A stretch of 16,701 nt of DNA. Source: Candidatus Krumholzibacteriota bacterium (GTDB taxonomy: Bacteria > Krumholzibacteriota > Krumholzibacteriia > LZORAL124-64-63). The notes under the pieces are model-generated. The model did no database searches, was not told where the DNA came from, and was given only the letters and a program-made list of their open reading frames with translations. The translations under genes were made by a program, and so were the position numbers. Below are positions 7,052 through 15,527 of the stretch, piece after piece; within the stretch, counting starts at the first letter, position 1, and each line of letters begins with the position of its first letter. The stretch spans positions 1-16,701 of the forward strand of contig JBDLKA010000082.1 in the NCBI GenBank assembly GCA_039714075.1, written 5' to 3'.

Positions 7052-9478
7052 TTGAAACGGAATCTGCCCTTGATTCTCATCCTGACCGCCTGCCTGGCTG
7101 CCGCCGGCTGCGGCGGCCCCGCACCCAAAATCGCGGAACCCGAAATTCCAGGATATAAAGCTCTCCAGGAACAGTTCCGCGGGCGCGACATGACGCCCCT
7201 GCACGGCCGCCGGATCGTCCTGGATCCCGGCCACGGCGGGATGTTCAAGGGCGCCGTGGGCCCCGGGGGCCTGACCGAAGCCGAGGTCAATCTCGGCGTG
7301 GCCTTGTACTTGCGCGGATTGCTGGAATGGTCGGGTGCCACGGTCTTCATGACCCGGACCGCCGATTACGACTTTCTCAGCGCCCGCGACTCCACCCTGA
7401 CCAGCGACCTGGCCTTCAGGTCTTCCTTTGCCGATTCCCTGCAACCCGATGTATTCTTGTCACTTCACCACAACAGTGTTGCCTCACTTGACCGGACCGT
7501 CAACGAAACGCAGACCTACTATCCGCTGAACGCGGACGGGGCCTCGCTGGACCTGGCCCGGGCCATCCACCGCCATCTGGTGCTGAATCTGGAAATTTCC
7601 CCGGCGAAAATCCTGCCCGGGAATTTTCATGTCCTGCGCAAGGCCACCGTCCCGGCGGTCCTCGGCGAACCCGCCATGATCTCGCACCCGGTGATCGAAG
7701 GCCGCCTGAGCCTGGCCGCCAGCCAGCGGCTGGAGGCCGAAGCCTATTTCCTGGGCCTGCTGGACTATTTCTCCCAGGGCTCGCCCGCCTGGTCCGGGAT
7801 CCATTCCGGAACTCAAGAGGACACGGTCACCGTCGATCCGGACATGACCGCTACCAGGATCGAATGGACCTTTGTCAGCGAAGACACCCTGCGTCCGCCG
7901 GGACCGGGCCTGGACCCCGGCACGATCGAATTGACCCTGAACGGCCGCCAGACACCCTTTCATGTCACCGGACCGGGATTTACCGTCCACTGGACCCTCG
8001 CCGACCCGCAGCTTGAATTGCCCGCCGTCCTGGAATTGAGGGGACGCAATCTGCTGGGTCGCGCCACGCCGGTGCGCCGCACGGTCCTGATGCCGCCCCA
8101 GGCCGGCCGGGTGGATCTACATTTCATCGCCGAATCCGGGGATGCCGCCGACGGCGGCATCCTGGCTGTCCGCTGGCGGGCCGCCGGAAACACCTTACTG
8201 CCCCCCGGCCGGTTCGTGTTTGCCGATGACCGGACCCTGCCCATCTCCGGCGGCGAGTCCGGCACCGCCCTGTGGCCGAACCCGGCCATGATTCCCACCG
8301 GGGCCCGGTATCGTCCCGCCGATCCGGATCTGCCGGACCTGCCGTGCGACATCACCTCCGCGGAACTGCCGGCGCCCTGGCGCTGGCGCAAGCTGGTCGG
8401 CAACGGCGGCAGGCAGCTCGGTCCGTGGTCTTCGCGAAGCTGGCCCCTCGAAGATTTCCCGCCGGGCGTGACCGACCAGACCACCCCCCTGATTCCCCAT
8501 GAACCCGGCCGGCCAATCTGGATTACGGTGCCGGGCATGCTCCCCCTGGTCGATCCCGCTCCCGCTGATCCCGACACCGCCCGGACCGTGGCGGCCGCCG
8601 ACAGGGAATGGCACACCGAACCACTGGCGGCCGACCTGCTGGGCAAGGTCATCGTTCTGGATCCCGCCGGCGGCGGCAGCGACACCGACGGCACCGGCCC
8701 GCTGGGAACCCGGGGCGCCACCCTGAACCTGGAGACGGCCCTGTTGGCGGGAGACCTGCTGGCCGGATGCGGAGCCGTGGTCCACCTGACCCGGCACGGG
8801 GAGACCACCCTCGGCGCCGAGGACAAGGTCCGCCTGGCCGGCGAGGTCGGGGCCGATCTGTTCATCACCATCGGCCGCAGCGGTCGACCGGACACCCTGA
8901 CCGCCGGACACCACCCCGGCAGTGAAACCGGGACGAGGTGGGCGGAAATTTTCGTCCAGGCGGCCTCTGGTCTGGCCGACTCGCTGGCCGTGACACCGTC
9001 GTATGACTACCTGCTCCGGCACACCGCCTGCCCCGCCCTGGCGGTTCGACTGCCGCTACCGGTCACCCCGCGTCAGGAAGTGCGTCTTATGGCCCGGGGA
9101 TGGCAGAGGGCCGAAGCAAGAGCGGTATTGCTGTCCGTCGTTTCGCTGTTCCAACCGGAAAGTCGCCTCGCACCAACGCTGGATGTGGCCGCCGTCATCG
9201 CCGGCCTGGACGGAGGCATCCGGCCGGACGAAGTGGACTGGGCCGAGCTCGACGGCAATCTCCTCTGGTCGCCCCTGCCGCCCCGGAATGAAGACCAGGC
9301 CCACCGGCCCCCTTCCACTGTGGCGGAATATTCCCTAGATTCACGACACGGACCCGGACTGCCGGCACTCGGCGACCGGCACACGCTGGAGATCCGTGCC
9401 GGCTCAAAGTGGGAACTCTGGCTGTTGGAAAAATCCGACTCCGGGTTCACCGCCCGCCCGCTGATGCGTAACCCCTGA
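7052..9478 (+). CDS. Lipoprotein N-acetylmuramoyl-L-alanine amidase (Amidase_3) with a second, degenerate amidase domain
   Basis: Start re-assigned from 6821 to TTG 7052, after GAGGGAAAGGGAAAG. This gives the signal peptide MKRNLPLILILTACLAAAG-C (lipobox) and 808 aa. Domain 1 has RIVLDPGHGG, GLTE, VFMTR, FLSLHHNS and PAVLGE. The middle is beta-rich and possibly Ig-like (GLDPGTIELTLNG). Domain 2 begins KVIVLDPAGGG at about 8645. Confidence 0.92.
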   Translation: MKRNLPLILILTACLAAAGCGGPAPKIAEPEIPGYKALQEQFRGRDMTPLHGRRIVLDPGHGGMFKGAVGPGGLTEAEVNLGVALYLRGLLEWSGATVFMTRTADYDFLSARDSTLTSDLAFRSSFADSLQPDVFLSLHHNSVASLDRTVNETQTYYPLNADGASLDLARAIHRHLVLNLEISPAKILPGNFHVLRKATVPAVLGEPAMISHPVIEGRLSLAASQRLEAEAYFLGLLDYFSQGSPAWSGIHSGTQEDTVTVDPDMTATRIEWTFVSEDTLRPPGPGLDPGTIELTLNGRQTPFHVTGPGFTVHWTLADPQLELPAVLELRGRNLLGRATPVRRTVLMPPQAGRVDLHFIAESGDAADGGILAVRWRAAGNTLLPPGRFVFADDRTLPISGGESGTALWPNPAMIPTGARYRPADPDLPDLPCDITSAELPAPWRWRKLVGNGGRQLGPWSSRSWPLEDFPPGVTDQTTPLIPHEPGRPIWITVPGMLPLVDPAPADPDTARTVAAADREWHTEPLAADLLGKVIVLDPAGGGSDTDGTGPLGTRGATLNLETALLAGDLLAGCGAVVHLTRHGETTLGAEDKVRLAGEVGADLFITIGRSGRPDTLTAGHHPGSETGTRWAEIFVQAASGLADSLAVTPSYDYLLRHTACPALAVRLPLPVTPRQEVRLMARGWQRAEARAVLLSVVSLFQPESRLAPTLDVAAVIAGLDGGIRPDEVDWAELDGNLLWSPLPPRNEDQAHRPPSTVAEYSLDSRHGPGLPALGDRHTLEIRAGSKWELWLLEKSDSGFTARPLMRNP

Positions 9479-9479
9479 G

Positions 9480-10247
9480 GTGACCTTGGTCCGACCCGAC
9501 AACAACAGCACGCGCCCGACGGTCTCTTCATCCCTCACCACGGAAGTTCAGGCGGAATCCCACCGTGGCGGTCGCAAGAGGATGATCTGGGCCGGAGTGG
9601 TTGCCCTGGCGGGGCTGATCCTGCTGGTGTTCCTGGGTCCGGACGAACAGGCCGTCAAGGAACGTTTCGAGTACTACGGCGCCCCCGGCGAATTGAAGAT
9701 CATGCCGGAAATTTCCATCGAGGAGGGAAACCAGAACGTTCACCAGATCCCGAAATCGCTCCAGATCCAGCCGCCGCCCGCGAATATCGAAGTCGAAATC
9801 GAGGATCCCACCGAGGACGGAACCGAGGAGATCCCGCCGGTCAACATCCAGGAACCCAACCAGGTCGAAATCGCCAGCGATGTCCCCCACGAGGATGCGG
9901 AACTGTCCTCGGAATCGCTGGTCGAGATGGCCATGCCCATGCAGTCGAACCCCGACTACTACATCCTGCACCTGGTGCGCCCGGAATATCCCCCCGAGGC
10001 CCGCGAGGCCGAGCGCCGCACGCCGGTCATATTCGTCAACGTGGTGATTTTCGTCGGACCCGACGGATTGGTGAGCGATGCCTGGGTGAACAGCACCAAC
10101 GGCAGCCGCCTGTTCGTGGATGCCACCCTCGAGGCGGTCAGGCAGTGGAAATTCGGCTGGAGGATTGATCCCGGCATCGGCCGGCAATACGTCATTCCCT
10201 GGCGGTTCAAGAGCCCCTACTTCATTCCCCAAAGCCGACAGCCTTAA
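9480..10247 (+). CDS. TonB-family protein (N-terminal TM, acidic Pro/Glu linker, TonB_C domain)
   Basis: The GTG lies 1 bp after the amidase stop. The TM is IWAGVVALAGLILLVFL. The C-terminus PEYPPEAR...VIFVGPDGLVSDAWVNSTNGSRLFVDATLEAVRQWKF...IPWRF matches the TonB C-terminal pattern. The exact start is uncertain. Confidence 0.85.
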   Translation: MTLVRPDNNSTRPTVSSSLTTEVQAESHRGGRKRMIWAGVVALAGLILLVFLGPDEQAVKERFEYYGAPGELKIMPEISIEEGNQNVHQIPKSLQIQPPPANIEVEIEDPTEDGTEEIPPVNIQEPNQVEIASDVPHEDAELSSESLVEMAMPMQSNPDYYILHLVRPEYPPEAREAERRTPVIFVNVVIFVGPDGLVSDAWVNSTNGSRLFVDATLEAVRQWKFGWRIDPGIGRQYVIPWRFKSPYFIPQSRQP

Positions 10248-10259
10248 GCCGGCTGCAGC

Positions 10260-12119
10260 TCATTCACCCGCACCTTCCACAGCTTCAGGACCGGGCGCCG
10301 CGGACGCCGAGTCGGCCACCGCGCCTTCGGTCAACTGCCAGGCTTCGGCGAACCGTCCCCCGGGGAAAGGCACGATATTCTGGTCCCTGAACATGCGGAC
10401 CGTCCCGGCGAAGGACTCGGGGCCCTCGGAATCGAAATCGCGGTTGGCCAGACGGTTCCGCAACGCATGGGTCAGCTGGAGGCGGCTGGCGGCCTCGCTG
10501 CCGGCCATGGTATCGAGCAGCATGCGCGTGGCCTGATAGGATTTCAGGGCCAGGGCGGTGGCCTCCCGGGGATAGTTCTCGTCGTTCCAGCGGGAACGGA
10601 ATTCGGACGTCCAGTGGTCGGGGAACAGCGCCAGATCATTGGGGAAAACCGCCCTCTCCAGCAAAGCACCCGATTTTTCGAGCAGTTTTTCACTGTTCCA
10701 GTTGCTCAAACCCATGATCAGGGAACCGGCGTGGTAGAAATCCAGTTGGGGCCCCAGCAGGACCATCTGGTCCACCGACGCGGGCACGAAAAGGACTTCG
10801 GGACGTTCCCGGCGCAGGGCCAGGATGGGGTCCTTGAAATCGGTGGTCTGGGCCGGGAAGGCGGCCTGGGCCACGATCTGCCCACCCCAACCCTCCACCT
10901 CTTTCCGGAACACCTCGGCATACCCCCGCCCCTCGGGCGTATCGGGATACAACAGGCCGAAGCGCTTCTTCAGCATGACGGTGGTGGCCAAAGAGGCCAG
11001 CAGGCGCGTTTCGTAGAGCCCGGTCAAATTGGTTTGAAAAATTCCTCCGCCCAGTTCCCAGATTCGTTCGTTGGTGGCGGTGGGAGAAACCAGAGGCACC
11101 TTCCAGAGATCGGCCACCAGCGCCACGGTGGCGGTGGGACCGCTCATCAGGGCACCCAAAAGGGCAATGCTGCCCTCCTGGGCACAAAGTCGGCGTGCGG
11201 CCAGGGCGCCCGCCACGGGATCCCCTTCACTGTCTTCGACCTTCAGCTCAAAGGCCGTTCCGAGCTCGTCGTTGGTCACCTCGAGCGCCAACAGCGCCGC
11301 ATCGTAGAAAGCATTGCCCAGCAGCGCATATCTTCCCGTCAAGGGGCACACGACGCCCACCTGGTTGGGCTGGACTTCACTCGCCCGGTCGGTCCCGGGG
11401 GCTCCGGAACCGCCGAAAAGCAGGTCGCTCGCCGCCAGGGTCCAGGCATTGTCCGGGGCCCGCGTCTGCAGGTCCTGGACAACCGTTTCGGCCGCGGCGA
11501 TCCGGTCGTCCTGAAGCATCTTCTCCACCCTCAAAAAACCCAGGTAGGGCTGGAGGGCTCCGGCCGGTCGCCGCAAGGAGAGTTCGTTCAACTGGTCGAG
11601 AGATAATGCTGCCAGGACGGGTGCCGCCACGGGCCGCCCGTCGGGCCCGGTTTGACCGCCGGGATCCCGTTCGAAAAGCTCGAAGTGGTAACCGGCGGCG
11701 CGCAGGGTGTCACCCGCGGCCAGCGACGCTTCCACCCCCAGGGCCAAAGCCCCCGGGGCGCGCGCACTTTCGGGGTAACGGCTCACCAGCTGGTCGGTCA
11801 GATCCAGGGCGCGCTGGTTGTCATCCAGGCCCCGGGCCGATTCGACCGCCATGAACAGGACTTCATCATTGCGGGGATAGGTGGGATATTGGGTCAGCAG
11901 GGCATCCGCCACCGCCAGGGTCTTGTTGTCGCGGTGAAGGGAATGCTCGCGGGTCAGCCTCTGGAAAAGTTGCTCGGCCTGCTCCAGATCCGAGTCGGAC
12001 AACTGTCCGGAAGCGGCAGGACCAGGCCCGCCGGCACCGCAACCCGGGAGACAACAAAGCCCCAACAACGTGGCAAGCAGAAGGACGGGAGTCCCTCCGA
12101 CCCTCAGGATCCGCATCAT
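10260..12119 (-). CDS. LpoA/LppC-like lipoprotein: N-terminal TPR-like repeats plus a type 1 periplasmic-binding-protein fold (penicillin-binding protein activator-like)
   Basis: Cys-containing signal (LLGLCCLPG-C) and TPR-like helices with YP motifs. The C-domain VGVVCPLTGRYALLG...LKVEDSEGDP...LLGALMSG...VPLVSPTAT...FGLLYPDTPEGRGYAEVF...GGQIV is typical of the LIVBP/LpoA C-domain. RBS AGGAGG. Confidence 0.75.
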   Translation of the reverse strand: MMRILRVGGTPVLLLATLLGLCCLPGCGAGGPGPAASGQLSDSDLEQAEQLFQRLTREHSLHRDNKTLAVADALLTQYPTYPRNDEVLFMAVESARGLDDNQRALDLTDQLVSRYPESARAPGALALGVEASLAAGDTLRAAGYHFELFERDPGGQTGPDGRPVAAPVLAALSLDQLNELSLRRPAGALQPYLGFLRVEKMLQDDRIAAAETVVQDLQTRAPDNAWTLAASDLLFGGSGAPGTDRASEVQPNQVGVVCPLTGRYALLGNAFYDAALLALEVTNDELGTAFELKVEDSEGDPVAGALAARRLCAQEGSIALLGALMSGPTATVALVADLWKVPLVSPTATNERIWELGGGIFQTNLTGLYETRLLASLATTVMLKKRFGLLYPDTPEGRGYAEVFRKEVEGWGGQIVAQAAFPAQTTDFKDPILALRRERPEVLFVPASVDQMVLLGPQLDFYHAGSLIMGLSNWNSEKLLEKSGALLERAVFPNDLALFPDHWTSEFRSRWNDENYPREATALALKSYQATRMLLDTMAGSEAASRLQLTHALRNRLANRDFDSEGPESFAGTVRMFRDQNIVPFPGGRFAEAWQLTEGAVADSASAAPGPEAVEGAGE

Positions 12120-12128
12120 GGAAGCCTC

Positions 12129-12641
12129 CTACTTCACTTCAAATCCAGCCGAACCCAGAACCATGCCGTCTTCGTCCAGGACCTTCACTTCCCAGTTGCC
12201 GGTCCACTCGGGCAGGTAGGATTTGTAGGACCAGGTGCGCCAGTTTTCCGAGCCGATATTCAGCTCCACGCGGGCCATCGTCCGGCCCTCGTAATACCAG
12301 GCGTGCGTCACGGTGGCCGGCGGTTTCATGCCGTGGACGCGGGTCAGGCAGTAGACCCGTTCCCCGTCCGCGGCGAAGGTCAGGGACGCCTCGCTGACCG
12401 CTCGCGTTTCCTGGTCGATACCCGTTCCGAAGGAGAAGTCCACCCAGACCCCCTCCCGCGGAGCGGGCTCAACGGCCTGAGTGTCCTTTTCCGCGGCGGA
12501 GACTTCTTCCTGGGCCGTTCCCGCTGACCATCCGGCTCCGAGCAGAGTGAGAACCAGGACGGCAAAGACCGCCCACGGCCCTACAGTCGATCCCCGGCGT
12601 GTCCGGGTCGTCACGTTTTCCATCCTCGTTTTGCCTGACAT
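12129..12641 (-). CDS. DUF2914 domain-containing exported protein
   Basis: Signal/TM segment followed by RVYCLTRV...VTHAWYYEG...VELNIGSENWRTWSYK...WTGNWEVKVLDEDGMVLG, the DUF2914 pattern. RBS GGGAGG. Confidence 0.8.
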   Translation of the reverse strand: MSGKTRMENVTTRTRRGSTVGPWAVFAVLVLTLLGAGWSAGTAQEEVSAAEKDTQAVEPAPREGVWVDFSFGTGIDQETRAVSEASLTFAADGERVYCLTRVHGMKPPATVTHAWYYEGRTMARVELNIGSENWRTWSYKSYLPEWTGNWEVKVLDEDGMVLGSAGFEVK

Positions 12642-12662
12642 CTTCCGGCCTCCCTTCGAATC

Positions 12663-13910
12663 CTACTTGCGCAGATCATCCATGCTCTTCGGATTCATAA
12701 TATCGGGATTATAGAGGTTATCCTTTAGGAACTGTGCATCCGCGGCCAGTTCGCTGTCGGGATAATCCTCCAGCAGCAGTCTCAGGTACCGCTCGGCGAC
12801 TCTCACGTCCTCCCAGGCCTGCAGGGCAACCGTGGCGGCCATGAACAAGGCGTCGTCGGCCCGATCGCTTTCAGGATAGTCGGTGTGGACCAGATTGAGG
12901 AGGTCCAACTTCTGCGTGGGGTCGGCGACGGCCAGAGCCCGGTTGAAGAGTTCATCCACCGAAAGGCCCTGACCCGGGGCAAACCGGCCCATCATCTCCA
13001 CGGTATGGGTCTGCCGGGCTTCCCGGTAATAGTCCTGGATGCGGGCGTCCTGCCAGGCCGGCAGCATGGCGATTTCGACCTGGTCATGCGCTTCGGTGAA
13101 GGTCATGGGCCGTTCATTTTCCCGATCGAGTATCTCGATCACATGCCATCGGTCGGCGACCAGGAAGGGAGGATGGATACCGAGCTCGAGGTCGTAGGCG
13201 ATGGTCGTGAATTTAATGGAGCCCTTGAGCAGGGGAATGACCCCACCCTGGTTGAACCAACCGACGCTGCCTTCCAGGTCCCTGGTTTCCTCGTTGACGG
13301 ACATGTCCGTCATGACGGTCATCCAGTCATTGCCCTGGCCGCCCTTGGTCAGGCGATCATGGGCCTTTTCCGCATCCGCCTTGGTCAGGGTTTCGATGTG
13401 GCGGGCACTGACGAGCCCCTGCTGCCGGAATTTCCCCCGGTTATCGGTGAAATAATCCCGAATCTCCTCCTCGGAGGGCTTATGGTCGCGGAGCAGACCG
13501 TAATTGATCATGGCCGAGTTGAGCGTATTGCGGCGCGTCGAAATGAGCGTCCGGGCCACATCCGGATCATTGTACAGCTTCTTTTTCACGGTCCCCTGGA
13601 CCAGAAGCACGTTTTCAATCATTCGTTTGAGCAGAAGGCGTTCCCCGTCGGCACTCTTGTATTTGCTCTGTTGAGCGGACGGCAATTCATCACGATACAA
13701 CTCGAGGTCCCGGCTGGTGATCCTGATCTCCCCCACCGTAGCGATGACTTCGGACACGTCCTTGGTGCCATCGCCGTACAACGGCTGCCACTGGAAATCC
13801 CCGGCACCGAACCCGGAGTCAGCGGAGGAAGCCCCCTCCTGGCAGGCGGTCAGCAGGACAAGCAAGGCAACGGCTGCAACGGGGATCAGCAGGCGGCGAA
13901 CGGCAAACAT
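12663..13910 (-). CDS. Parvulin (PpiC-type) peptidyl-prolyl isomerase / SurA-PrsA-like foldase lipoprotein with a C-terminal TPR-like domain
   Basis: The ATG at 13910 after AAGGAG is preferred over TTG 13961. Lipobox LLTA-C; VIATVGEIRITSRDL (SurA/PrsA N-domain); PSEEEIRDYF; rotamase motifs ARHI, GSVGWF and WHVIEI; C-terminal YPESDRADDALF and YPDSELAADA repeats. Confidence 0.85.
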   Translation of the reverse strand: MFAVRRLLIPVAAVALLVLLTACQEGASSADSGFGAGDFQWQPLYGDGTKDVSEVIATVGEIRITSRDLELYRDELPSAQQSKYKSADGERLLLKRMIENVLLVQGTVKKKLYNDPDVARTLISTRRNTLNSAMINYGLLRDHKPSEEEIRDYFTDNRGKFRQQGLVSARHIETLTKADAEKAHDRLTKGGQGNDWMTVMTDMSVNEETRDLEGSVGWFNQGGVIPLLKGSIKFTTIAYDLELGIHPPFLVADRWHVIEILDRENERPMTFTEAHDQVEIAMLPAWQDARIQDYYREARQTHTVEMMGRFAPGQGLSVDELFNRALAVADPTQKLDLLNLVHTDYPESDRADDALFMAATVALQAWEDVRVAERYLRLLLEDYPDSELAADAQFLKDNLYNPDIMNPKSMDDLRK

Positions 13911-13957
13911 GAGGGGTACTCCTTGGTCGAGGCTCATCAGGAGCCGGGACAGTCGAT

Positions 13958-15067
13958 TCAAAGCAGGTCCGATCGACCCTTTTCTTCCAATCGTGCGATT
14001 ATCTCTTTGATTTTCTGGGCCTGGGCCTTGTGACAGACCAACAGGGCGTCCGGGGTATCGACCACGACAAGATCCCTGACCCCGACCAGGGCGACGACAC
14101 GGTCGGGAGCATGCAGGATATTGGCGGGGCTGTCGATCGCTATCAGTTCTCCCAGACCCCGGTTTTCGTCGTCAAGGCCGGGAGCCAAATCACCCCAGGC
14201 ATCCCAGCTGCCCAGGTCCGACCAGCTGAAGGTGGCCGGCAATACGAGAAAATCCGTGAGTTTCTCCATGACGGCGAAATCGATGGAGTCCGACGGACAA
14301 TCCCGGTAGGCATCTTCCAACGCCGGGACGAAGGCTTCGGTTCCATGGGCGGCGACCGCGGGCGCCATCAGGTCCACAACTGCGGGCAGATGGGCGGCGG
14401 CGGCGGCGGAGAATCGCCGCTGATTCCAGACAAAAATACCGCTGTTCCAGAAATGCCGGCCGCTGCGGGCATAGGCTTCCGCGGTGGCGGGATCCGGTTT
14501 TTCATGGAAAGCCAGGCCGGCGGCCGGGCCGGACTTTTCGGTATCCGGAGAGATTTCCAGATAGCCGTAGCCGGTTTCCGGCTTGTGCGGGGGAATGCCC
14601 AGGGTGACGACCGTTTCACGGACGGCGGCCAGGGCGAAAGCCTCGGACAGTTGCAACCTGAAGGCGTTGTCGTCGGGGATGAAATGATCCGCGGGCAGCA
14701 GGGCCACCGGCGCGTCCGGATCGATACGGCCCGCCAGACCCATGCCCAGGACGGCGCAGGGAGCGGTATTGCGGCCCAGCGGCTCGGTGATGACGTGGTC
14801 GGGGGCAAGATCGGGCAAAGCGTCCCGGGTGGCGGCGGCCAGGCTGCCGCTGGTCACCACCAGGATGCGGTCCGCGCCCACCAGGGGTTCCACCCGGTCG
14901 AAGGTGTCCCGCAACAGGCTGCGCCCGGAGGCCAGGGCCAGAAGCTGCTTGGGCCTGTCGGTGCGGCTCAGGGGCCAGAAGCGCGTGCCTCGGCCCCCCG
15001 CCATGATGACGCAGATTCCCCGCTTCTTTGCGGGGGAAGAGGAAGTCCCCGGATTGCTCATGAGCAT
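13958..15067 (-). CDS. manC: Mannose-1-phosphate guanylyltransferase (monofunctional, no C-terminal isomerase cupin)
   Basis: IMAGGRGTRFWPLSRTDRPKQ, EPLGRNTAP, PADH, PETGYGY, EKP, WNSGIF, SIDFAVMEK and WSDLGSW; 369 aa. Confidence 0.95.
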   Translation of the reverse strand: MLMSNPGTSSSPAKKRGICVIMAGGRGTRFWPLSRTDRPKQLLALASGRSLLRDTFDRVEPLVGADRILVVTSGSLAAATRDALPDLAPDHVITEPLGRNTAPCAVLGMGLAGRIDPDAPVALLPADHFIPDDNAFRLQLSEAFALAAVRETVVTLGIPPHKPETGYGYLEISPDTEKSGPAAGLAFHEKPDPATAEAYARSGRHFWNSGIFVWNQRRFSAAAAAHLPAVVDLMAPAVAAHGTEAFVPALEDAYRDCPSDSIDFAVMEKLTDFLVLPATFSWSDLGSWDAWGDLAPGLDDENRGLGELIAIDSPANILHAPDRVVALVGVRDLVVVDTPDALLVCHKAQAQKIKEIIARLEEKGRSDLL

Positions 15068-15074
15068 CCGGCCT

Positions 15075-15524
15075 CTAGGTAGTGGCCTTGACGACCCAGA
15101 CCTTGGCGGTCACTTCAACCTCGGGATGAAGTTTGACCGGCACCGAATAGACACCAAGCTGCTTGATGGCCTCGTCCAGCACGATCTGCTTGTGGTCGAA
15201 TTCGCCGCTGTCGGCCTTGAGGGCGTCGGCGATGTCGCGGGGTCCGACCGAACCGAAAAGCTTGTCGTCGTCCCCGGCCTGCACGGTGATGGTGCAGGAT
15301 AGTTCGCCCAGCTTGGCGGCCAGTTCCTCGGCCCCGGCCTTGCGCAGGTCGTCGCGCTTGGCCTCGAGCTTCATGTGCTCGGCAACCAGCTTGCGGTGCC
15401 CTTCGGTGGCCAGAACGGCCAGCCCGTGGGGAATCAGGTAATTGCGTGCGTAACCCCGGGCGACGGAGACGGTCTCGCCGATCTCACCCAGGTTGTCCAC
15501 GCTTTGCATCAGGATCACTTCCAT
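15075..15524 (-). CDS. rplI: 50S ribosomal protein L9
   Basis: 149 aa; MEVILMQSVDNLGEIGETVSVARGYARNYLIPHGLA, KLFGSV, IKQLGVYSVPVKLHPEV. Confidence 0.98.
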   Translation of the reverse strand: MEVILMQSVDNLGEIGETVSVARGYARNYLIPHGLAVLATEGHRKLVAEHMKLEAKRDDLRKAGAEELAAKLGELSCTITVQAGDDDKLFGSVGPRDIADALKADSGEFDHKQIVLDEAIKQLGVYSVPVKLHPEVEVTAKVWVVKATT

Positions 15525-15527
15525 CTC

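Noticed and set aside
10738..10760. aaatccagttggggcc, resembling part of E. coli selC as I recall it (also cttcaaatccag near 12138)
   Set aside because: Both lie inside protein genes on the opposite strand and lack the paired anticodon stem and T-arm; treated as coincidence.
5346..13960. UGA-as-selenocysteine read-through at the TGA stops of selA, the amidase, the lpoA-like gene or manC
   Set aside because: Each protein looks complete at its TGA, with no redox-motif context and no plausible in-frame continuation.
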